Assembly (NCBI GenBank): GCA_030704615.1
Contig: CM060732.1
Coordinates: forward strand, 56,544,001-56,608,000
Length of the DNA: 64,000 bases
Direction of reading: 5' to 3'
DNA from: Takakia lepidozioides
Taxonomy: Eukaryota; Plantae; Bryophyta
In this document: positions 12,318 to 23,000 of the stretch, piece after piece
How the letters are laid out: each line of letters begins with the position of its first letter
How positions within the stretch are numbered: the stretch's first letter is position 1
Notes under the pieces: generated by a model
The model's input: the letters and a program-made list of their open reading frames with translations, nothing else
What the model was told of the DNA's origin: nothing
The model's database searches: none
Program-made: the position numbers and the translations under genes

Positions 12318-12863
12318 TTGATAAGAGTTGGCATGAAACACCAAAAGCAGGAACTCCAGTTTCTGAAGCGGAAGGTGAAGAAGGAGGAGAGGATGTGGCA
12401 GAACCGGCAGAAGGTAGGGCCACAGATGGCGTTACAACCAACACGGGCAAAACCACCTTTTCCAATATATTCAGGAAAATGGGATCCCGATGTACACATT
12501 AGCCAATTTGAGCACATATGTATAGTGAACAATGAGAATGGCGATGATGCCAAGATGAGATTGTTTCCTTGTTCACTTATCAAGAAAGCAAGTGAATGGT
12601 ATGCAAGATTCCCTGATAATCATTTCGTAACCTGGAATGGCTTGAATACAACATTCCGAAATAGGTTCAGGACAAGTAAAACTGAGGATGAAGTGTATGG
12701 AAGTTTACAACAGTTAAAGCAAAAGAAGCATGAAACTGTTGAGGAGTATATGGAAAAGATGGAATTGATGATGAAAAAGTTGGATGCTGTACCAGCACTA
12801 GGTTTACAGAAGACTTGGTTTGTGAGTGGACTAAGACCAGAGTTGCAAAAGAAAGTGGATATG
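12318..12863 (+). pseudogene. gag: Retrotransposon gag of copy A, interrupted by the inverted LTR of copy B
   Basis: YSGKWDPDVHISQFE, LFPCSL..ASEWY, LKQKKHETVEEY and FVSGLRPEL are Retrotrans_gag motifs. Confidence 0.9.
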
Positions 12864-15800
12864 TGTCGCGCGGCTTTTACTCACCCATCCCTTCGCTATC
12901 CGAGGCGGAAACTCCAAGATAGAAGAGTTGGAAATCTCTAAGCACTCAGCCCGCTCAGAACAATCAGTCATGACCTACAGCTAGTGTATCATGGGGGTGT
13001 TTCCTATTTGTTTTCCTTCCCGCATTCATGTTAGCTAGTTACCTTACTGTTGGTGATTAAGTATCAGTTTGCTTCAGCAATCTATCGAATTCCATCAACT
13101 CATCCATTCATTCCACATCTTCACTCAGATCTCTCTACACAGTGTGAGTATGAAGTATGTATCAGATTAATATCTATCAAGTATCAGGCTGAAGCCATGG
13201 GGTCTCTAATCTGCTCTACATTACAACTCTACTGCTTGCATTCATTAAGCATCAACAGATCGTCCTCCTCCCACTCCGTGCTCTCCTTCTTTCTGCTCAG
13301 AGATGTGCTCTCTGCCTCATTTCCCCCAGTGATGTCCGAAGTCCCCCCAAGAAGTGCTCCCGAACTCCTTCTAGCAGTGATTCCCCAAGAAGTGATCATT
13401 TTCCAGTCCTCGCTCCTGGCTTTATCTTCCTACCCATTGTTCTAACCGTTTCCCTCACTAACCGTCATCCGTGAACTAACATGTTCCATTCGCAGATGTT
13501 GTTCCCCACAGTCGTTCCCTGTCCTGCTATCCGTTCCCTATGGTCGTGACAGCTATGTCAAGCTGTGACTGGCTGTGCGACTGTGTTGGACTATGTCAGC
13601 TGTGTCGAGCTGTGACTGGCTGTGTTGGCTGTGTCGGACTGTGACGGGCTGTGTTGACTGTGACGGGCTGTGACGGACTGTGACGAGCTGTGTTGGCTGT
13701 GACGGGCTGTGTAACCCCCCCTAAAGTGTGCTGCTGTCACCCCTAAGGTTCCTGTTGGTCTCAATCTGTGCAAAAATTAAGGGTACCCCACAGATCCCGT
13801 AAAAGTGTCTAAGTCCCAAGCAGCCTTCTAACATTTACCCCTCTCCCTCTCAAAAAGCCGTGTCCTCACGGTTTACTGTTTGGGATTAGCAAACCTTTGT
13901 GAGCGAGCACCCTTCTAACATTGAGAGTCTCGTGAACTCTGTGTGCGAGCCCGAGGTCTGTCACTGGTTGACGGAGATGATTGAACACTACCTGGATATG
14001 TAAGGCCCTCTGGAGGCTGATATCGAGGTAATCTTTCAGGCATAGGAGACCCCCGTCGCTTCTTCTCTGCCATCTGAATTGCATAGTCTTCTCCCATGTC
14101 AAAAGAGTCCGCTGAAGAAACAGTTGTATCAGAATCCTCATCGCCTCTCAGGTGTTTTAACTGCCGAACTTTTTGTGGAATCCTCTGGGGCATACAATGT
14201 TGTCCTACCATGTCTGGAAGTTTAAACTGCAAAACTTGCTGTAAACGCTGAATGGCAAAATTGGTGAAGACCCTGAGCTCCTTGTCTGTCCAGGTGAGTG
14301 GGGTACCAATGACTTGTGAATTGTGCAAGTATTTCCATGCTTCATGTCCCTTAAAGAAAATATCATCAGGCCCGAATTTCTGTGTTGACAAATTGTTCCA
14401 GGCCGCATGAAACCATGAACAAATCTGAGAATCCTTTTGCATCATAACTTTTGCCTCATATAGGTACATATGAGGTGGCACTGAAGGTAAGACCCAATGA
14501 TCCCCACTGGAATAACTCATAAAGCGCGTTTGCATCTTCTGCTGCTCAATGTGATAACGTACCAGAAAACAAGCAGCGTAGTATAACCTGCAGCCCATGA
14601 CAATACTTGCTACCTCTTTGGTCTTGGTATAAATGAATCCATGTACAACTTGGAAGGCAATTAATTCCTTCAACATGGTACTTGCCTCATGCCAGTACTG
14701 TGCAAAGTGATGATCCTCAATTGGTCGATTGTTCGGAAGAACTTTAGTCCTAGTTGCCACTGGCAGCCAAATGCGCATGATTTGATAGTAATGTGCCAAT
14801 GACTGCGGAGGACTAAATTCCTTCCAAGCCAAATCCAACACAATGGGAATTTGGTTGAAGGGCATAATCATAGCCCAACTGTACTCCCGTGCAGTTGGAG
14901 TTTTAGGTGGGTTAAAAGCAGCATTCAGCCATACCTCAGGTTGTGGGGGCTGTGGTGTGGCTGTAGTAACAACAGGGTCAGCTACTGGCACAGTGACTTG
15001 TTGTGGTGTTGGTGGCACTGGCTCTTGTACCATTGGCATCTCCTGCACCCCCTTTGAAGAAGACTGAAAAGCCAAAGTTCTCGCTTGTAAATAAGAAGCC
15101 ATTAGCTGTTCCTCAGGTACACAGACTCTCTTGTCGATATTTGAAGTGAGGTCCTCCACTTGAGTCTGCAGGCCGTCTACATTCTCCTGTAACTCCGCTA
15201 TCCTACTATAGACATTGTCTATAGTAGTTGTGGCAATGTTCTGCACTTGCAGTCTAAGCTCATTCATCTCGCTTTGGGTGAGCTTTCGTGGTGCTTTGCC
15301 CTCCACTGGCCCTTGTGCTAACCAGACCTGCATAAGGTGGTTATCCACCAAGTTGCTTGTGGCACCCCTTAGAGTTTGCTCCTCTGTGAGCTTGTACACA
15401 TCTATTTGCTGCTGTAAAGCCTCCATGCGCTTCGCATGAGGTTCAACCAAACTCGCATAGGCAACAGCCAGATTATTGGCTTCCTTCCAAGCCTTGTTAG
15501 CCACAGAGAGTTCATTTCTATTGGACATGAGTGTTTGTTGCAACTCAAGGATGTACCTCTCTTGGTCAGCTTCAACCTGCCTGTATTGCTTGAAAGTACT
15601 CTCATTGCAACAGATTGTATTCTTCATATCGACAATGAGTTTCACTTGCTCAACATTCTCTGCCTCTGCCTTCATACATCTTTCCGCTTGACTGTTTATT
15701 TCTATTGTACTTTGGTCAAGCATAGTTGTGAGTGTAGCACATTGTATGACCATCCTGTCATGCACTGTCTGCAACTCTGTATGTAGTGCCTTCACTTCTT

Positions 15801-16773
15801 GCAACTTGCTTTCATGCTTCACCTGCATTTGGTATAGCTGTTGCTTATGTGCTTCGTGCAACTGGTCTTGCGCGAAGCCTGCCTCAATCAATTGTTCCTT
15901 GGCCAATTGCAAAGCCGCTTCTGCACTCTCCAAGTCTTGCTGCATCTTGAGAGTGACCTCTTCATCGACCTTGTTTGCACACTCAGTGGCAAGTCGAGCC
16001 TCAAACTCCTTCCTGAGTTCCTCTCTCAAAGCTGCCAATTGGGTAGTTGGAACATGGGATTTGACATAAGTCCCCAGCAAATTAAGTGTCCTGCTTATGG
16101 AACTCATAAGCATGGCCTGTTGAGGGTCATCATGGTGAGCTTGCTGCTGTTCTCCCTGATCCTCAACAGTGTGATGCCTCACGAACCACTCAGGCCATTG
16201 CCCCACCAGATTTTCTTCCTGAACCACTGCATCCGTCACCGGTGCTGCAGTGTCTTGACATTCTACCTGTGGTACCTCCGTCACAGGTGTGTGTATTATA
16301 TGCACCGCAGGGTTTCCCCTGGACAACTGTTGCACCTCTGGAATCACTGTCTCCTTGACCAGACCAGAATATTCATAGAGAAGGTCCCCCTTCTCAATTT
16401 CTGCCACCACCTATTCTGTAGTGGGAATATCTAACCCTTCTTTCTCCAAATCAATTATTTCTGGTGGAACTGCATGGACAACTTGTGGTAACTCTGTGAC
16501 AGGCCGATCATCTGGCTGTGATGGCTGTGATACTAAAGTAACTTCCTCTTCCCTCTCTGAAGGTCCCGCTTCCAATAATAGCAGTTCTCTGTGCTGCTGT
16601 GCCCCTTCCTGCACAAGAGCTTGGGAAACATTATCATGCGGATTCCGTGAAGCCAATGGATCCGCCACTACAGTCTTTCCCCGCCTCTGTCTCTTAGTCT
16701 GGGGTTGCCCTGCCAGTCCACCCTCACTGTGTGAAGAGCCTTGCTCTTCCATTGCAGTGGTTTCAGTCTCAAA
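12864..16773 (-). mobile_element. 3' part of a second copy (B) of the same LTR family, inserted inverted into gag of copy A
   Basis: 3' LTR 12864-13833 is a reverse-complement homologue of the copy A LTR. PPT near 13837-13851. The ORF is homologous to 33723-36623. Confidence 0.9.
13915..16410 (-). CDS. Large 3' accessory ORF of copy B (coiled-coil plus unknown C-terminal domain, 831 aa)
   Basis: Open frame and close homologue of 34089-36623. Continues upstream through an in-frame TAG (16411-16413) to the TIR insertion at 16774. Confidence 0.8.
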   Translation of the reverse strand: MVAEIEKGDLLYEYSGLVKETVIPEVQQLSRGNPAVHIIHTPVTEVPQVECQDTAAPVTDAVVQEENLVGQWPEWFVRHHTVEDQGEQQQAHHDDPQQAMLMSSISRTLNLLGTYVKSHVPTTQLAALREELRKEFEARLATECANKVDEEVTLKMQQDLESAEAALQLAKEQLIEAGFAQDQLHEAHKQQLYQMQVKHESKLQEVKALHTELQTVHDRMVIQCATLTTMLDQSTIEINSQAERCMKAEAENVEQVKLIVDMKNTICCNESTFKQYRQVEADQERYILELQQTLMSNRNELSVANKAWKEANNLAVAYASLVEPHAKRMEALQQQIDVYKLTEEQTLRGATSNLVDNHLMQVWLAQGPVEGKAPRKLTQSEMNELRLQVQNIATTTIDNVYSRIAELQENVDGLQTQVEDLTSNIDKRVCVPEEQLMASYLQARTLAFQSSSKGVQEMPMVQEPVPPTPQQVTVPVADPVVTTATPQPPQPEVWLNAAFNPPKTPTAREYSWAMIMPFNQIPIVLDLAWKEFSPPQSLAHYYQIMRIWLPVATRTKVLPNNRPIEDHHFAQYWHEASTMLKELIAFQVVHGFIYTKTKEVASIVMGCRLYYAACFLVRYHIEQQKMQTRFMSYSSGDHWVLPSVPPHMYLYEAKVMMQKDSQICSWFHAAWNNLSTQKFGPDDIFFKGHEAWKYLHNSQVIGTPLTWTDKELRVFTNFAIQRLQQVLQFKLPDMVGQHCMPQRIPQKVRQLKHLRGDEDSDTTVSSADSFDMGEDYAIQMAEKKRRGSPMPERLPRYQPPEGLTYPGSVQSSPSTSDRPRARTQSSRDSQC

Positions 16774-17235
16774 GGGGGCTGCTATTTCATGAGCCATGAG
16801 CCATGAGCGGCATGAGCCATGAGCAGAGTCGTAAGTGTGGAAAAAAACATGAGCAGCACTATTTTCCGGAAATGAGTGTCCGCGGGAATAGGGTTTAGGG
16901 TGCCACGGTCATAGGGGGAGAAGGACCTCCCGATGAAGGAGGTTCGGCAATGTTATTTAGAATTATATATTGAAAGGCAATGTTTCGCGAATGGTAGGGT
17001 GGTACTGCTCTGTACAATGGGGGCCCATTTCAGCCTACCAGCCACTTGCAAAATCCACCCACACTCCCAATCCCAAACGAAATGAGCAATGACGCATTCT
17101 GGGAAGATGGACACAGAATAGAATAAAAAGAGGGCACAATGAGGTTTTTATTGATCCACATGAATTGCATTTGAAGCACGTCTACTGTGCTGATTGTGCA
17201 ATCAAATCTTTAGCCCTGTGCCTACTGAATACAAG

Positions 17236-17799
17236 TCACGTTGTCAATGGGACTTCGACTGCTCTCAGAACTAGCTCATGAGTCATGGGGCTCCTCCATG
17301 TAAAGTCGATTGCAGCCGTTGTACCGCCCCTAGTGATGTTCACCACAATGTCCTGCCCTTCAATCATACCACCATCGAATATGGAAATCTTCACGTTTTC
17401 GTCGTCCACACCAATGCGAATGTCCCCATACAATGGAGAAGAGGAGCGCACTCCTTGAGGAGAATAGGTCTCTCCGATGGAGTCCACCCACGTCCAGTGG
17501 CAGCAGTTCCACCGCAACAGCATAGCAGTGCGCCTTCTTCTGCATGGGTGACCGTCGTAGCTGGGAAAATCGGAATCGAGGATGCGCAGGAGCCACGGAC
17601 TCCTCAGACCAAGATCGTCACCCCGCTCGAAGGCGTAGTGGCCTAGGATATACTCAAAAGCCACCAATGTTTCCACAATCGAACCAGTATCTTCTGTGTA
17701 ATCTGTGTACCAGATAACAATGTCTCCCGATGTGGCCGAATACATTGCATAATCGATGCCTCCAAATGGGCAGTCGTCCCGGTTCCGGAAGCACGGCAT
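17236..17799 (-). CDS. Unknown ~187-aa protein, paralogue 1
   Basis: Starts MPC..N..DCP. Aligns end to end with 18356-18934 (DYAM, SGDI.VW, Y.FERG, PW.L.I.D.D.PS, RWNCC.WT, P.YGDIR, DGG.I.G.DIVV, ELVLR..EVP). Confidence 0.75.
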   Translation of the reverse strand: MPCFRNRDDCPFGGIDYAMYSATSGDIVIWYTDYTEDTGSIVETLVAFEYILGHYAFERGDDLGLRSPWLLRILDSDFPSYDGHPCRRRRTAMLLRWNCCHWTWVDSIGETYSPQGVRSSSPLYGDIRIGVDDENVKISIFDGGMIEGQDIVVNITRGGTTAAIDFTWRSPMTHELVLRAVEVPLTT

Positions 17800-18355
17800 C
17801 CTTGCAAAGGAGGACCTGAGGACGACTTGGATGCAGATGACAATGACCTTGCGGACAGCTACGAAGCCCTTAGATTTTGGAAATGATGCGAAGCGGAAGA
17901 GCAGTCCGGCCTCCAATAATGGAGCATCTGGGTCCCACGTACCCACCGACGGAGGTGGAACGTGTTCATCACGCCAGCGGTGGATGAACCCATACATCTT
18001 TCTCATCAACAAGTTATAGTTTGAGATCTGCCACCGAAGTCCATCCCCCCGGATGGAAATTCGGCGCCGCATTTACATCGAAGAGGGGATGGACTTCGTC
18101 GTGTCCAGTGGCTATCGGCCCACCTGGCAGTGAGTGCCCATAGTTTGCATGGCAGGGTAGGAAACTGAAACGGCTACATTCATGAAGCAGCCAATCTTCA
18201 TCGGTCCAGGATCCTGTAGGGGGGAAATTTAAATGTGCCCTGGAGTGTTTGTGAGGAATTGCAGCGTTAGCTTGAACTTTTTCCAGCCACCGCGCTGCTC
18301 CTCCTCCATCCGGGAGCTGCTGTCATTGAGCGTACTCCGCTACTCTTTTTCAAGG

Positions 18356-18934
18356 ATGCCGTGCCGCCGAAATCCAGCCGACTGCCCTTATCATGGCCAC
18401 GATTATGCTATGTTCAAACCAGAATCAGGAGACATCATTGTCTGGCTCTCTGTTTTCACAGACGCTGCTGGAATCAAGCAAGAGTCTTTGCGCGCAATGG
18501 AGTATCTGGAGGGCTATTACCGCTTTGAGCGAGGTGAGGGCGAGGGTCAATGCGGTCCGTGGGTCCTGAAAATTGTTGACCTCGATATACCAAGCTGGAA
18601 AGGGATGCCGGACAGATCACGCACGGCCTCGCTTTGGCGCTGGAACTGCTGCCAGTGGACCAGGGAGGACGGCACCGGGGAAAACTATATACGTGCAGAT
18701 CACTCCGCTCTTCCAGTGTATGGAGACATTCGGCTGAGTTGCGAAGACGAATCGCACGGGCACATGAGGCCCACAGTGACCTTGTCAATGTATGATGGTG
18801 GTATCATTGATGGACATGACATTGTCGTCGGCTCCAGCAAGGGCAGCAGAACGACCGAATTGCAGTTTACCTCGAGGTGCCGCAGCAGTGATGAGCTTGT
18901 TTTGAGGGGTATCGAAGTTCCGTCGACTTGGTGA
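18356..18934 (+). CDS. Unknown ~192-aa protein, paralogue 2 (divergently oriented)
   Basis: Same motif blocks as paralogue 1. Shared start context CAAGGATGCCGTGC. Confidence 0.75.
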   Translation: MPCRRNPADCPYHGHDYAMFKPESGDIIVWLSVFTDAAGIKQESLRAMEYLEGYYRFERGEGEGQCGPWVLKIVDLDIPSWKGMPDRSRTASLWRWNCCQWTREDGTGENYIRADHSALPVYGDIRLSCEDESHGHMRPTVTLSMYDGGIIDGHDIVVGSSKGSRTTELQFTSRCRSSDELVLRGIEVPSTW

Positions 18935-19190
18935 AGCCCATGTAGAAGGAGGAAGGGCTTAGTTTTGTCTGCAGTTGGTAAATGTGAGACATCGTGTCCG
19001 ATCAATAAACCCATCGTACCTCACTTCTGTATGATTGTGTTTCATTCTGTTGAATAACTGTCGGAATTGGCCCACTGTTTACAATTTGATGTCTCATTTC
19101 TACAATGTGTCTGTCCGGATGAATATAGCAGAGTAACCGGTATGAGAGTCATGTGTCAAGAATATACCAGAGTAACGCCATGTCGGACAT

Positions 19191-19960
19191 TGAAATGCGG
19201 CACCGCATTTCCATGTCGGACAAGGAAATGCGGTGCCGCATTTCCATGCCGACATGGAAATGTATGAACCGCATTTCAGTGTCGGACAATGAAATGCGGT
19301 GCATCATTTCCGTCCAGGTACACGAAATACCAACACGGGTCTATAAATTGGACAGACAACGAGGTTGGCATTGCAAATGCGGCGACGCATTTCCAGCTTG
19401 GCAATGGAAACTTCTTTTTGGACAAGGGAATGCGGTGCCGCATTTCCGTCCAACACTTCGAAAAGTGTGACATTTCCGACCAGCGCGATGGAATGCGTTA
19501 CCGCATTTCCGTGAGAGGGTCTGCAAATGGACAAATTGCGATGTCCGTTCTGGAAATGCGGCGCCGCATTTCCATGTCCGTCATCGACTTTTTTTTTACA
19601 ATGGAATGCGGTGCCAATTTTTGCTGATGGGCCTGCAGTTCGAACAACGACCATCCCCAATATGGAAATGCGGCACCGCATTTTCAATTCCGCCATCTCG
19701 ACCTCCTTGTTCGACCTCCTTGTTCGACCTCTGTAAGCGTGGTGGCATCCATGCAATGAGCGGGAGAGGCCAAAACTGGCGTGTGGACAAAGGAAATTTT
19801 GGAAATGCGGCACCGCATTTCCAATCGGCCGATTACTTTTTACTATGCCAACATTGAAATGGAAAATTTAGTCCCTCCCCTGTTTTGGAAATGCGGTGCC
19901 GCATTTCCAAAAGAGGTTCTTAGAGTTGCCAAAATTTTGGAAATGCGGTGCCCCATTTCT
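19191..19960. repeat. Palindrome array A: about a dozen GGAAATGCGGYRCCGCATTTCC units with irregular spacers
   Basis: Copies at e.g. 19224, 19552, 19663, 19801 and 19887. Confidence 0.92.
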
Positions 19961-20096
19961 GATTTTGGGAGCGTCGTGGTTTGGGCGATTGTGTGGCTGG
20001 AATGCACACTGGAGAGGGGTCACGAATGTCGGGCAGAATTTCCTTTATATACTCTGGAAGAGAATTTACATTTACAGAGACTTCATTAAAATTCTA

Positions 20097-23000
20097 TTAA
20101 TCTTGAAAATCATCCGAATCCTCATCCTGTTCTAGACTGTCCTGCTCCGCCTCCACCCCCTCAGTGCCTTTCTCATCTCCAGCGGACTGCTCGTTGGCCA
20201 GGCTTTCGAAAATCCCATCTTCCCCTTGCGGAACTGTCCATCTCACCTCCGTTGGGTCGTCTTCCTCCCTGTCTGCGTCGCTCTCATCCGCTGAATCACA
20301 TATGTACTTTCGTACCCGTCTACCTGTCTGAGCTGCTGCCAACTCTTTCCTTATCCTTCTGTCCTCCCTAGCCCTCTCCAAAATCTGCTCTACTTTACTG
20401 GGATTCTCACTTCTTCTAATCGCTGTATTTGCGAGTTTAGCTGCATAACTAGGAAGGGAGTAGTCCCTCACCGGGCTCGTCATGAAGTCGGCCCTCGCAA
20501 AGAACGGGACATTCTTCCTGGCAGGAAGTGTAGGCCCTACATGTTTCGACCCGGACCCTGCAATCCTGCACATGACAATCATCAACGAGACTAATGAGAA
20601 CCACAGTCGGGAAATTCGTTTGACAAAAATGACCCAGAAGGCTTTGCAAACTTACAATGTTTGCACTCACTCGTATTCCGGGTTCTCCTCCGCATCAATG
20701 TCCACTGTGTCTTCCTCGGACTCCGACGAATCCGAGGAGACTTCCGCTCTGTCGGGAGCCTTAACATTCCGTTGCAGCCCTTCCAGATGGGATCCCCACA
20801 CGGATGAATCCTCCTCGTAGGCAAAGAGGTGCCGGTCGGAAAACCGCCCAGCCCACATTGAGGCACCTGTTACAATGCCATCCACACATTACCACATGGC
20901 GCTTCAGATGTTGCGAACTACATCCTAACGAGAATTTGCAGAACAGCATAGATCAAGATTCTGCATACCTGTCCCACAGATGAGGTCGAGCACTGTGCCC
21001 TCCACGTCTGTGCATGTCTCCATAATTGTCTGAATGAAGGCAGGGCTCCGAGTCCGTGAGTACCGCAGGGGTTCCGTTGAAGTGAGGCTATGAGGGAGAA
21101 GTTCCTTGGGAACGTTGTTGAACAGAACGTCGTAATCGAGGGGGTCGCAGTTCGGGTCAACCTTTCCTCCCTCCTTCCGGAAAGCAAAGGTGGAGTTCTC
21201 CTTCACAAAGCAGTATGCATCGAACTGCTTCGTCTGCATACACAGGGGGGAACGATTAGAAACCGAATGCGGCACCGCATTTGAAAACACCCAAGCAAAT
21301 GAATGGACGAGTGCCAGTGTCGTAATCACCTTCTTCCCTTCCGACCGAAGGCCCAGTGTGTTGATGCACGTCCACTTCTTTTTCAGAATCGGGACGGCGC
21401 TCTTGCGGGTCCACTTCGCAATTCCTGTCTGAGTGTTTTTTCCTCTGCTCGCCAGGACAACCACACAGCCTCTGTCGTCCAACACCATGCGGGCAAGCCC
21501 GAATCCTTTCTTCCAAAAGTCCTCCGAGTACCTGTTCCAAGATGGCAAAGCTTGCAGTCCTTCCACAGGCTCTCCGTCCGGAATATCCAAGATGATCATA
21601 TCGCAAGACCACTCGGTGGCATTTCCGCCCCTCCTACAATCCTTGTCTGCACACACCCTCTCAAAGAACGAGACCATATTCTGAAATCCTGGGGTGTCGG
21701 AAGGCTCTTCGGCAGTCGCCTTCTTCAGTGCTCTGCCCTTCAGACCCTCCATGGTCTTCATGTATGCCAACTTGGCTGCCCGTCCATCCAAAGCCGCCAA
21801 GAAACTCTCATTTACACACTGGACTACTGTTTCGGGAGCCACTTTCGGCCTCTTCATTTCCACCGGCTCGAAAGGGTGCCCCCCTGGGGGGTTGAAGAGT
21901 GCCTTCTTTGCCGAGCCAGTTCTCGTGCCTCTCGTGACAACGGTGGGCACAGGGGAGGCAGCCTGCGTTTGGGGGGGTGGGCTGGTTGCAAAGTCTCCAT
22001 CGGAGTCCTCTTCCTCACCCTCTTCCTGAACAGGCTGTTTCTGCTTCTTCGTTTTGGCGGGTGTCACAACAGCTGCTCCTTGCTGGCGAGTCCTCTTCTT
22101 CGACCCCTTCTGTTGGGCCTGCACAGCTGCATCCACCGTCTTTTGTGCCATCTCAGCTGCCTTTCTGGATTCTTCCAGAGCAGCAGATTCCTTTGCCGAC
22201 TTTGGCCCAGCAGGGACACGTCTTTCCTTTCTCTTCTCTTCTGCCAAGGCGTGCAGATCTTTCTCAGACTCGTCAACAATACCGCCAGACATGTCCAGGT
22301 ACCACGGGCATCCAACGAGATGCGCGGGATGCCATTGTTTCTGCATCTCGGGTGTGTAGACACAGCTTGGGCCCGCCACGGTCCAAGCCATGAAGAACGG
22401 GGGCTCTTGAGCCAGGGCCCCTGTCTGAAGGAGCACGTATTTCATATACCTGCAAGGCAGTCAGCATGCGTGAGCAAAAGTTGAGACCAACCTACTCGCA
22501 GAGTGCCACCGAAAACATAAAATGCGAATGCGGTGCCGCATTTCCGAGACAAACCTCGTAACCAGGCTTCGCATACAAGGGCAGCTGTGCTTCACCTGTA
22601 AACAATTCGCATTGCAGCTTTCCCCGCTCCCTCCTGATGTGTAAACTCCACGCTCCTTCTTGCTGTCTGTAGCTCTCTGGCGAAAAGGTTGTCCTTGTAC
22701 GCACATCTGAAACGTGTCACGTAGTCTTCCAATGTCTGTGTTCCATCCCATTTGACGTACAAGCCGAACGAATTTGTGTGCATTACGACTTGCTCCTTCG
22801 CATTCGACATTACCTGCGATTCCCAAATGCATTGTCACGTAGCAGTTCAGGGAATTCATTTCAGAAAAGCAAATCTGGGGAAGTACCTTGAATTACCTGG
22901 AACCACCAAGTCATACGGTTGAGCCACACATCCACTGCAGGGTCGGAAACTTCGAGTGGAAAAGACCACATTGTCCTTATGCTCTCGGATGCATTCCAGA

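Noticed and set aside
21303-22484. 393-aa plus-strand ORF and similar antisense ORFs over pol and accessory genes
   Set aside because: Shadow frames opposite motif-bearing coding sequence.
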